From an uncultured Candidatus Saccharibacteria bacterium (GTDB lineage: Bacteria; Patescibacteriota; Dojkabacteria; SC72), in the NCBI GenBank assembly GCA_964514595.1, contig CAZEQZ010000001.1, positions 331,847 to 395,846 of the forward strand: a stretch of DNA of 64,000 nt, given 5' to 3'. Positions 9,805-18,749 of this stretch are shown here, piece by piece; position 1 is the first letter of the stretch; the number at the start of each line of letters is the position of its first letter. Both the position numbers and the translations under genes were made by a program. The notes below the pieces were generated by a model. That model was given only the letters and a program-made list of their open reading frames with translations, did not search any database and was not told the DNA's origin.

Positions 9805-10779
9805 ATGAAAGGGAAATATATACCTTTTCTGATTTTGCCTTTCTTTCTTTTTCTTTTGTTACTTTCCCCATTTAGTGTAGGTGCAGTGGAGGAAGCTAAT
9901 GGTGAAATAGAAGAAAGCAAGAAGATTCTTTTGTGTCATGCAAAACCGCCAGCAACAGCAAAAAATGGTTTTAACCTTTTAGAGCTACCAGTACAATCCT
10001 TATTTAAGAAAGGTCACGATATACACTATATGGATATAATTCCATATTTTGAGTATACGGTTAAAGAGAAAGTCTTAGCGTATGTTTACAAGGAAAAGAA
10101 AAAGGATGGAGAGTGCCCAAATAATTTTGAGGAATATGGAGACTTATTACTTTGTAGAAGAGAGAAGGAAGTAAAGCAAGAAGTTGAAAAGGAATATCTT
10201 GGAAGTAGATTATGGCAATTAGAGGCAGGTAAAATAGTTTTAGCAAATCGTTGTGAAATTCCTGCTTTATGTGAATATACTATGGACCCTCATGATTACA
10301 CAGAGTGGAGTGAGTGGAATAAACCAAGTGATGTAATCACCGAATGGTTTAGAACCAGGAAAGCTCTGTCATTTGATTTAATACAGAAGCAAATATTTGA
10401 GAAGGAAGAAGTTTGTGAGGAAGATGAAAAATATTTTGCTTGTGATGATACAGATAGTAAAGTCGTAAAGAGTGAATGGAAAGTAGATCCTCTTGATTCT
10501 ACAAAGGAGTATCAGATTACTACCACTTTAGAATTGGACGCTACAGATGAATCAGTAATTTGTAGTTCTGCTGAAGTAAAGGGTGTAAGAGATATTTCTA
10601 CTAAAGTTACCGAAGAGAAGCCGGAAGTGTTGGGTGAACAAACTCAAACTGAGCAGGTAGCTGTAGTATTAGCAGAAACAGGTGCTTCAGACAATATATT
10701 AGTATATATTGTACAAACTGTATTAATGTTAAGTACATTAATAAGTGGTACATTATTTGTAAAAAGATACAGTATCTAA
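9805..10779 (+). CDS. Second secreted surface protein with LAETG sorting signal
   Basis: Signal peptide; LCHAK..GHDIH.DIIP..W..G..NRC domain; Cys/Trp-containing repeats; EVLG...LAETG followed by a hydrophobic segment. Confidence 0.85.
   Translation: MKGKYIPFLILPFFLFLLLLSPFSVGAVEEANGEIEESKKILLCHAKPPATAKNGFNLLELPVQSLFKKGHDIHYMDIIPYFEYTVKEKVLAYVYKEKKKDGECPNNFEEYGDLLLCRREKEVKQEVEKEYLGSRLWQLEAGKIVLANRCEIPALCEYTMDPHDYTEWSEWNKPSDVITEWFRTRKALSFDLIQKQIFEKEEVCEEDEKYFACDDTDSKVVKSEWKVDPLDSTKEYQITTTLELDATDESVICSSAEVKGVRDISTKVTEEKPEVLGEQTQTEQVAVVLAETGASDNILVYIVQTVLMLSTLISGTLFVKRYSI
10666..10779 (+). repeat. Copy 2 of the 114-bp sorting-signal repeat
   Basis: 99/114 nt identical to 9502-9615. Confidence 0.9.
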
Positions 10780-10808
10780 TTACAAATATAATATATTAGT
10801 TAGTTATT

Positions 10809-10844
10809 AAGAGCAGTACATGATTTAGGTACTGCTCTTTTGTT
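10809..10844 (+). terminator. Intrinsic terminator
   Basis: AAGAGCAGTAC-9 nt loop-GTACTGCTCTT followed by T-rich tail; shares the GCAGTAC stem with the 9648 terminator. Confidence 0.8.
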
Positions 10845-10866
10845 ATAAAAAAGATATAATTAGAAG

Positions 10867-11556
10867 ATGGACAAAATAAAATATATGATAATAATGGTTA
10901 TAATCTTTGTTTCTACCCTACTCTTTTCTAGCTTTGTTTTCATACCTACTGTAGCACCATACGAGATTGTTAATGTAGATATATCCCCTATTACATACAA
11001 TGATATGGAGGAAGAAGAAGTAGAGGATATACCTACACTAATGGAGCTATGGGTTATGGAGGAAGGTATGACTAAGATAATGGAGGCAGAGGTATTAAAT
11101 AGGGAATTGCCTCCCAATTGGTTAGATAAGGGGTTGTACTTTAAATATACATACATTGGCCAGTACAACGAATATACTCAGGAAGTATTAGATGATCTGT
11201 TGTTAGATGAGTATAAATGGCAGAAACAGTTAGATGAGCAGGGTAACGTTGTTATGGGAGGTATAGTTCTTTCTAAGGATGGTACATATCAACTTCATAC
11301 ACATAATACGTTTACACAAGGTAATAGATTTTATTTATTGGGAGATTTGTTAGATAGATATCATAATGAGGAAGGTGTAGTCGGAACTAGAATTAGGTTT
11401 GGTGGTGTAATATTGGAAAGTGTTTGGGAAAGAGATATACGTATTCTTGAAGGAGGATCCGTTCCTTATGCAGACCTAATCATATCAACCTGTTTAGAAA
11501 GGTGGGGAGATAGAAGATTGATAAGTGGTTGGAATATAGTATGGGAGAATATATAA
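10867..11556 (+). CDS. Putative divergent sortase
   Basis: N-terminal membrane anchor; His (LHTHN), Cys in LIISTC (TLxTC-like) and Arg (GDRRLI) in sortase order; adjacent to two LAETG proteins. Confidence 0.7.
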   Translation: MDKIKYMIIMVIIFVSTLLFSSFVFIPTVAPYEIVNVDISPITYNDMEEEEVEDIPTLMELWVMEEGMTKIMEAEVLNRELPPNWLDKGLYFKYTYIGQYNEYTQEVLDDLLLDEYKWQKQLDEQGNVVMGGIVLSKDGTYQLHTHNTFTQGNRFYLLGDLLDRYHNEEGVVGTRIRFGGVILESVWERDIRILEGGSVPYADLIISTCLERWGDRRLISGWNIVWENI

Positions 11557-11563
11557 TCCTAAA

Positions 11564-12331
11564 ATGGTTGTAAGTAAGAAAAAAATATCACCTTTTGTAA
11601 AATTCCTTAAGAAAAGAGATATCCAGTATGTAGGGTTTGATATAGACAATACCCTCATACCTACAAATCTATATTATAGTGAGAGAATATCTTCCGTTAT
11701 AAAGCAAATATATAAATATCTTAATATCTCCGACGATTTAGAATCTGTATCCCAGGAATATTCTAATATATTCTTAAATAGATATATTAATAGAGGGAAA
11801 TTACCTATGAATATATCTGATGAGGTTCTGGGGGCACTACAGGAGTACTTGGGATATATGAATAAGGATATAGAGAGTATTGTTAAAGAAAATTTGAGTG
11901 ATTTCTATATGAACTCCACTGATCCATATGATAGTGCATATGAAATCCTTAAAATATTGAAAAAGAATAGTATTGAATTTGTATTATGTTCTCATGCGGA
12001 GGATGATTGGACTAATGTTAAAGTTAATCTGCTCGGGAAAGAGCTGAATATAGATATCCCCTACCTTGCCGTTGGTCTATCAAATATTAAGAATGCTAAT
12101 AGCTGGAAAGAAGCATTTAAGTTAATAGATGGTGATATCTCTAAATCTTTAATAATTGGAGATAGTTTGGATGCAGATATTCTCTCAGGCATAGAGTCAG
12201 GATGCAAGAATGTAATATGGATCGATTTGTATGGGAAAGGATTGTCAGATGATGATGTAATATCAGATGGTGTAAAGTTGATTATTGTGAAAGATCTTTC
12301 TGAAATTGTGGATTTTAATAATATTCTTTAG
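11564..12331 (+). CDS. HAD-family hydrolase
   Basis: FDIDNTL; IGDSLDADI. Confidence 0.85.
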   Translation: MVVSKKKISPFVKFLKKRDIQYVGFDIDNTLIPTNLYYSERISSVIKQIYKYLNISDDLESVSQEYSNIFLNRYINRGKLPMNISDEVLGALQEYLGYMNKDIESIVKENLSDFYMNSTDPYDSAYEILKILKKNSIEFVLCSHAEDDWTNVKVNLLGKELNIDIPYLAVGLSNIKNANSWKEAFKLIDGDISKSLIIGDSLDADILSGIESGCKNVIWIDLYGKGLSDDDVISDGVKLIIVKDLSEIVDFNNIL

Positions 12332-13803
12332 TAAGAATACACTTCTTTTAAACTAGGGATTAACTTTTTAGCGGCATTTTGCTCTATAAATGAAACTGCT
12401 TGTCCTGAAATTCCGAATAATTTTCCTAATGTTTCTAAGAACAATTTTTCTTGTATAGTATAATCAGCCCTATTCATTACAATATATTTATTCCTAGGGC
12501 CAAGTTCATTAAGTATATTATCAATTTCTTGTTTATTTTCTTTTAATATAATTTCTTCCTCAGGAAGATTTGAATTATCCGTCAATTTATCGATTACCCC
12601 CTCTTCCTCGCCTTCTTCGTCAAATTCAGCTTTATCAAGATTTAAGTATACATAATTAACCGACAAAGCACTTTGTATATAATTTCTATTATTAGCAAAT
12701 TCAATGCCATGCGCATCACAATAATCCATGACTTGATCAAAATTCGGATTTGCAACTCCTTCTCCCTCTAATAGATCTCTTTGCTCCTTGTATAATTTAA
12801 GATCAGGGAAGAGATAGGCGGGGATTTTAATCATATTAAAACTGTTTTTGTTCGAATTCATTAATGTTCCATCTATCCAATGAGTAGCATATGTAGAGAA
12901 GTCATTTTCTGATTCTAATTTGAAATTTCTAATAGCTTTGAAAAGTCCAACGGAAGCACTCTGTAATATATCTTCATAATCTTGATAGTTTAGAGGGGCT
13001 CTAGAGTCATCATGCACGAATTCCAAAAATTTCATTACATAATGTCTCGAACGAGATATAACTAATCTTTGGTTGAATAGTAAAATAATTGATTCTATTC
13101 TTTCTTTGTCTCTGTATAAACTTTCTTTACTATGAAGGGAATAGTTTAATTTTTGATAGCCGAAGAACAGTAATCCAACTTCTTCATCTTCAAGTATTCT
13201 GTGGTTTGGGTTAGCTAATTTATAATATGAAGTTGTTTCAACTAATCTGTTTTCTAATTCTATCTCTAAATCTCTAATTTTTTCTTCCTCTGCTTTGTTA
13301 AGAGGAGGTAGTTTTCTTCCTTCTTTAATCCTAAAAATAATTTCCTCAGAATCTATGTTGTTAAATTCAGGATGAAAATGAAAAACATTTTCTATATCTA
13401 GATTAAATTCTTTATATATCTTATATTGCTCCGAGATTCTTTCAAAGCTTAAGTTGAGTAAATCATCTCTTTTTAATATCTTATTTATCTTTATTCCTTG
13501 GGAGTGTAGATATATCATGGAAGCGATATTCTCACTGTTTAAGTCAGCAATAATTTTTTTGTCTATTGATTCAAAAGCCGTAGGATTAAGAGAGTATCCA
13601 AGATAAGTAAATAGGTCAAATGGTAAATGTTTTATCTCTTCGCTATTTTCTGAGAAAGAGGTTATTAATTTTGCAGCTTCATACTTTTCCTCATCTTCTA
13701 GTGGAGTTGAGGTCTCAAGGTATTGAATTGAGGAGAGAAGAATATCCTGAGCATGTTCAGTTGGACTAGTTCCTTTCTGTAACTCTATTTCATTCTCGTC
13801 CAT
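12328..13803 (-). CDS. Divergent sigma-70 family RNA polymerase sigma factor with long N-terminal extension
   Basis: Region 2 DILQSASVGLFKAIRNF...FSTYATHWI; region 4 LETLGKLFGISGQAVSFIEQNA. Start placed at ATG 13803. Confidence 0.8.
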   Translation of the reverse strand: MDENEIELQKGTSPTEHAQDILLSSIQYLETSTPLEDEEKYEAAKLITSFSENSEEIKHLPFDLFTYLGYSLNPTAFESIDKKIIADLNSENIASMIYLHSQGIKINKILKRDDLLNLSFERISEQYKIYKEFNLDIENVFHFHPEFNNIDSEEIIFRIKEGRKLPPLNKAEEEKIRDLEIELENRLVETTSYYKLANPNHRILEDEEVGLLFFGYQKLNYSLHSKESLYRDKERIESIILLFNQRLVISRSRHYVMKFLEFVHDDSRAPLNYQDYEDILQSASVGLFKAIRNFKLESENDFSTYATHWIDGTLMNSNKNSFNMIKIPAYLFPDLKLYKEQRDLLEGEGVANPNFDQVMDYCDAHGIEFANNRNYIQSALSVNYVYLNLDKAEFDEEGEEEGVIDKLTDNSNLPEEEIILKENKQEIDNILNELGPRNKYIVMNRADYTIQEKLFLETLGKLFGISGQAVSFIEQNAAKKLIPSLKEVYSY

Positions 13804-13917
13804 AACAAATCTAAAAGTATAACAGAATAAATATATGGTTGTCTTTAAAAACAAACACAATCTCATAGTATATCAAAAAAGGTTGTATTTGTAACCCTTT
13901 TTTACTAAAATTATCCT

Positions 13918-14307
13918 ATGAGAAAAGAAAAAAGACGCATTACACCATATAAAGATTCTAAACAGGAAGGATTTCCAGTTAAATCAAATAGAAATGTAAG
14001 AAACTATGCTACTATTAATAGGCCTGGAGCCGCTATTCGTCTTCTAGAGAAGAAGGATTGGATACTTTTTGATAGTGAAATTGGTTATATGGATATAACC
14101 TACGGTACACCTGAGTTAGAATTAGAAGGTGAAGGTTTGAAAAGGGTCGTAGAGGAAAAGCTATTTGACTTAACATTAGATAATGATTTTTTAGGGGGTC
14201 TAACTCAGGAGGAGATAGGTGTGGAGTATAGTAATGGAAGAATACCGTGTGAGTTAAATCAGTTTGTAGAAATGATTATTAATTGCCCTATTAAAGAAGA
14301 GGAGTAA
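13918..14307 (+). CDS. Hypothetical protein
   Basis: 129-aa ORF filling the gap, divergent from the sigma gene. Confidence 0.6.
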   Translation: MRKEKRRITPYKDSKQEGFPVKSNRNVRNYATINRPGAAIRLLEKKDWILFDSEIGYMDITYGTPELELEGEGLKRVVEEKLFDLTLDNDFLGGLTQEEIGVEYSNGRIPCELNQFVEMIINCPIKEEE

Positions 14308-14311
14308 TTTC

Positions 14312-17300
14312 TTAGGATTTCCTTTTCTTAAGAATTAGTAGGATTCCAACTGTGAGTATTAATCCTGTACCTATGTATATGTATAGAAGATATTCTTTTT
14401 TAATCTTATTCATCTCTATGTTCATTTCTATGGTTGTTTTTTCCACCTCTATCTCCTCACTTTCATATGTTTCGTATCCATCTAGTTCAACCTTTATTTT
14501 ATAAGTACCAGGTTCTACTAAGAATTGGTATTCTCCATGTGTATTGGTATATTGTGGATTATTTGCTATACCATATATATTCCAGTCATCATCTAATTTG
14601 GCATATAGTGTTACTTGTGCATTACTGAGTCTTAACTCATTCTCATCAATTTTTTCGTACACGAAACCGTATGGGTCTACTAATACCTCCAACTTCATTC
14701 TCACGGATGTATTATCATCAAACATTGCTAATATATTCAAATCATATGTCCCTAAAGAGTTGAATATATCCATCTTGGTTTCGTAGAAGTAGGATGTACT
14801 ATCTAGGGCTAGTTTTGTGATTTCTCCATTACTCTCTATGTATACTCCTTTAATAGAAGAGTTGGGGTTCAAGGAGGATATTGTGTTGATTGGGATTCCA
14901 ACATCTAGCGTGTTATTGGCGTATATTGAGAGCTTTGTTTTTTCATTTACAGAAATATTTTTCTCCCCCAAAGTTATTGTTACTTTATCATTATCCTTAA
15001 TTGTTTTTATTGGAGTAGCAGTATCTTTGATTGTATCTAGAACTGCTTTCTTTTCTTCCGATGTTAATTTATTAGATTGCTCTTTAGGGATTTCCATAGG
15101 AGGCTCTTCTGTCACAGGAGGTGGAGTTGGAGATTGTGTAGTTGACGGTGTGGTTGGAGGTTGAACAGTAGAGGCTTTGGTATAACAAGTTGTGCTCTCG
15201 GAGTATGCTGTTTCAATAGCATCTCCGTTGCGAGCTTTAACTCTAAATGTATAGGCAGTAGATGGTGTTAACGATTTCACCGTGTACGAATTGTTAGTAG
15301 TGAATTCTGTAAATGTCCCCCACTGAACTGTATCTGAAAGTACACCTAATGTCTTGTCTAAATATTTATTACTACTAGACTCGTTAATTAATATATTCGT
15401 ATTATCGGGATTAGAATTTTTCTCTACAGAAAGAGTTATAGTAGTAGATGTGGTGGTCAGACAGGATATCGTAGGAGTATTCGCCAGGGTATATCTAGAT
15501 AAGGTAGAAGAACTACTTGTCTCTATACTTTCCGCATTTCTAGCCTTCACAGAATAGCTATACTGTGTGTTTGGAATTAAATTCAAAGAGGAATCTGTAC
15601 TATTTTGAACCCATTCATTGATTCCAGTATTACAATTGGAAGAAGAGCATGAGAAAAGGAGGCCTGATGATACTTGTTCTAGATTATTAACATTAGTCGC
15701 ATACAAAGTTATAGAAGTTGAGGTAAGGGCTGTAGCTGTTAAGTTAGGGATATCACTTAATGTATATTGGGAGATCGTGGAAGAGTATCCACTCTCTATA
15801 CCTTCAGCATTACGTGCTTTGGCCTTGTAAGAATACTGTGTATTTGGTTGCAGAGAAGAGGATGTTGCCGTACTATTTTGTACCCATGTATTTATACCCG
15901 TATTACATCCACTATTTATACAATTAAACAGAATTCCTGATGTGCCTGAGGATAAATTGGTTGCATTTGTAACATTTAATCCAATTGAATTTTTGTTAAC
16001 AGTTCCGAAGGTAAGTACTGGTATGTCAGCAAAGGTGTATTTACTAGTTTCCTCAGAGTAATTACTATCCCCTAGGATATTGTAGGAAGAAATTTTTCTT
16101 CGATATTGGGTGTTAGGTAATAGATTGATTTCTTCAATATAGCTCAAATCAGAAGTTTCTTCTGTTTCTATCAAGGAATTATCATAATTATATAGTTTAA
16201 AACCTAATTCATTATCTGAATTGTCTGTAAAATTCCATCTTATACTTGAAGTTGAGATAGTTTCAGGAGTCTCAATTGTAGGGGCAAGTGGAGCTTGATC
16301 ATATGATAATGAAATATCGTCTAAAACTGGTGTTGCTACGCCTTCGTCATTATCAAATTCTATTTTATAATAGAAGGAATCTGTTTCCCAATCTAGGGAT
16401 GAAAGATCTATAGAGTTGCTATTTCCTTGTACAAGAGTATCAGATCCATCTTCTACCCCTCCTGAGTTATACCACGTTGTTGCATCTGTACTAAATTGTG
16501 CAGTTGCGGAAGTCCCAGAGGGTAAAGAGGATATGGAGTAATCAAATGAAATCATTTTCATATTCTCATCTCCAGGAAGAATGTCTAAAGATTGTATAGA
16601 AGTTTGATTTTGGTATTGAGGAAGTTGAGTGGTATGTGCCAAAGGAGTTGTTGTCCCAGATATCGAGGACACATAATCAATATGAATTCTTCCATCACCA
16701 CCGTTTCCTCCACTGTATGCACCTGTACCTCCAATACCTCCATTTGCAGTTACTTTGTCATTTCCTAAGGTTATACTGTTTGTATATAATTTAACAGAGC
16801 CTCCTGCACCACCACCACCACCACCGCTATACGCTCCTGCATTACTTCCATCTGCTCCATTAGCGTTCACAGAGCCATTTGCTCCAACAACTACATTTTG
16901 TCCATATATGTATACAATTCCTCCACCTGCTCCGCCTGCTCCTGTAGAGGTTGGTGATCCACTTCCTCCAGAACCACCGCCAGCTCCAAGAAAAAGAAGA
17001 GAAAGATCTGCTACTCCATAATTACCACCACCACCACCTCCTCCTGCATACGCTTCTCCCGATACTCCTCCACAATACGCATTTCCTCCAGTACCACTAT
17101 TATCTCCACCATCTCCACCATTTTGATATCCACTTCCTCCTCCTCCTCCTGTTCCATATCCACCACCACCACCACCACCACCTTTGGTTTTCGTTAACAA
17201 ATTGCCCAAAGAAGTTCCACCGCCACCACCCGCACCTCCAACTCCACCAGTACCACCAATACCACAATCAACAGGGCCATTGTCACTGTATACATAGAAG

Positions 17301-18652
17301 ATGAGATCGTGAGTATTGTCCGCTTGCCAATTAGTACCATCATGAGACACCCTGTTTCCCCCATGCGTGGGGCTTGTTGAATCAGCCCCTATCAATACCT
17401 TATTACTAGAATTTCCACCTGTATACTCTAAAACCACAACATAGTTAGTTCCGTTAGTAAGGGTAATTCTCTCATCACCAGAAAAGTTGAAATTTATTAA
17501 CGCAATAGTGGTTGTTAATGTTGATACATCGAAGGCGTCTGATGTGGCAAGCAAAGTGTCCGGAACAGAAGATGTCCCAAAAGTTCCACTATGGGAGTAT
17601 ATCTTTGCATATCCATTTCCCGTTGGAGAACCACTCTTTTTCATATAGAGTTTAAGACTATCGATAGCTCCACCATTACCTGTAAAGGACTGACCCTGTT
17701 TTCCGTTTGCTCCATATATATCAAAATTTGTACTAACATAATTGGTATTAGCGTAATTGTCTACATTTGCAATCTTTAAATACATTCCACCACCACCTCC
17801 ACCACCGGCATATGTCTCGTTCTCTCCATTTTCGTTTCCGTAAGTGAGTTTCCCGGCATTTTGAGCCCTACCTTTTGCATAATCTGCACCTCTTTCTCCA
17901 CTGCTTGTACAAGATAGGGAGCAGGCAGTACCTCCAGGAAAGCCCTTTGTCGCTCCATTTATAGAACCATTAATCGCAACTGTACCTGTGGCTTTAAAAA
18001 AAATGACACCGGCATTAGCAAGTAACGATTTAGTGTCAGAAGTAATAGCAAATCCCTCGTTTACCGTTACATCTGTATATTGAGGAACTCTAATAATGGC
18101 TATATTATTTGAAGAGTAGTATGTGTTTTGTAAGTTGGTTTCGAAAGTCAATGTATCCCCAGTTATATTAGAAATAGTAACTGTCTCATACTGTCCTGTA
18201 TACTGTGCGAAAGAGGATAAACCATCTTGAGTTATTATTAATACCTCATCTCCCACAGCTAATCCGTTTAATGTAGATGTACTTAAACGCATTTGGTTTG
18301 TACCAGCATTTGCGGTATAAGTACTATACTTCTGAAACCGTACAGCATCTCCGTATGCCCTTCCCACACATGACTGTGTGTTGATATTCATATTACTTGA
18401 TACAGTACAGGCTCCATCAGCACCTGTTCCAAAGGTGTATGATCTTGTCGATGCAGAAATTTGACCTCCTGAAAGTATATAGTTTGATGAATTTACAGCG
18501 TCGATATATGTATCATCTATAAAAGCGTCATTAACAGTATATGCATTTACATCTTTATAGTAATTATCTTTTAAAAAAAGAAAAAACAAAGAACAGAGTA
18601 TTGATGCTATCAGTATAATTGTCAAAATTCTACGACCTCTGGTGCGGGGCAT
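14312..18652 (-). CDS. Large surface protein: Gly-rich region, FN3-like repeats, Pro/Thr linker, carboxypeptidase-regulatory-like domain, C-terminal TM
   Basis: Signal peptide; poly-Gly tracts; repeated L.PNTQY.Y..KARN; GTYKIKVELDGYE; C-terminal TM + KKRKS. Confidence 0.85.
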   Translation of the reverse strand: MPRTRGRRILTIILIASILCSLFFLFLKDNYYKDVNAYTVNDAFIDDTYIDAVNSSNYILSGGQISASTRSYTFGTGADGACTVSSNMNINTQSCVGRAYGDAVRFQKYSTYTANAGTNQMRLSTSTLNGLAVGDEVLIITQDGLSSFAQYTGQYETVTISNITGDTLTFETNLQNTYYSSNNIAIIRVPQYTDVTVNEGFAITSDTKSLLANAGVIFFKATGTVAINGSINGATKGFPGGTACSLSCTSSGERGADYAKGRAQNAGKLTYGNENGENETYAGGGGGGGMYLKIANVDNYANTNYVSTNFDIYGANGKQGQSFTGNGGAIDSLKLYMKKSGSPTGNGYAKIYSHSGTFGTSSVPDTLLATSDAFDVSTLTTTIALINFNFSGDERITLTNGTNYVVVLEYTGGNSSNKVLIGADSTSPTHGGNRVSHDGTNWQADNTHDLIFYVYSDNGPVDCGIGGTGGVGGAGGGGGTSLGNLLTKTKGGGGGGGGYGTGGGGGSGYQNGGDGGDNSGTGGNAYCGGVSGEAYAGGGGGGGNYGVADLSLLFLGAGGGSGGSGSPTSTGAGGAGGGIVYIYGQNVVVGANGSVNANGADGSNAGAYSGGGGGGAGGSVKLYTNSITLGNDKVTANGGIGGTGAYSGGNGGDGRIHIDYVSSISGTTTPLAHTTQLPQYQNQTSIQSLDILPGDENMKMISFDYSISSLPSGTSATAQFSTDATTWYNSGGVEDGSDTLVQGNSNSIDLSSLDWETDSFYYKIEFDNDEGVATPVLDDISLSYDQAPLAPTIETPETISTSSIRWNFTDNSDNELGFKLYNYDNSLIETEETSDLSYIEEINLLPNTQYRRKISSYNILGDSNYSEETSKYTFADIPVLTFGTVNKNSIGLNVTNATNLSSGTSGILFNCINSGCNTGINTWVQNSTATSSSLQPNTQYSYKAKARNAEGIESGYSSTISQYTLSDIPNLTATALTSTSITLYATNVNNLEQVSSGLLFSCSSSNCNTGINEWVQNSTDSSLNLIPNTQYSYSVKARNAESIETSSSSTLSRYTLANTPTISCLTTTSTTITLSVEKNSNPDNTNILINESSSNKYLDKTLGVLSDTVQWGTFTEFTTNNSYTVKSLTPSTAYTFRVKARNGDAIETAYSESTTCYTKASTVQPPTTPSTTQSPTPPPVTEEPPMEIPKEQSNKLTSEEKKAVLDTIKDTATPIKTIKDNDKVTITLGEKNISVNEKTKLSIYANNTLDVGIPINTISSLNPNSSIKGVYIESNGEITKLALDSTSYFYETKMDIFNSLGTYDLNILAMFDDNTSVRMKLEVLVDPYGFVYEKIDENELRLSNAQVTLYAKLDDDWNIYGIANNPQYTNTHGEYQFLVEPGTYKIKVELDGYETYESEEIEVEKTTIEMNIEMNKIKKEYLLYIYIGTGLILTVGILLILKKRKS

Positions 18653-18749
18653 AATGAAAATAGTACCACTATTACATTATTATGGCAATAACGTTATTTT
18701 TCTTGTACAAGCATATAGATATTTATGCCTTTTCTTAGTATATTATTCT

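Noticed and set aside
13862-13903. CTCATAGTA plus hairpin before the orphan at 13918 as another motif copy
   Set aside because: Mismatched core and no SD or 3' hairpin; insufficient support.
16951-17304. His-rich ORF (and Pro-rich ORF 16755-17021) on the + strand
   Set aside because: Antisense shadows of the poly-Gly codons of the 1446-aa gene.
17588-17596. ACTATGGGA near-match to the dispersed motif
   Set aside because: Lies inside a coding region (YSHSG) with one mismatch and no flanking repeat similarity; likely chance.
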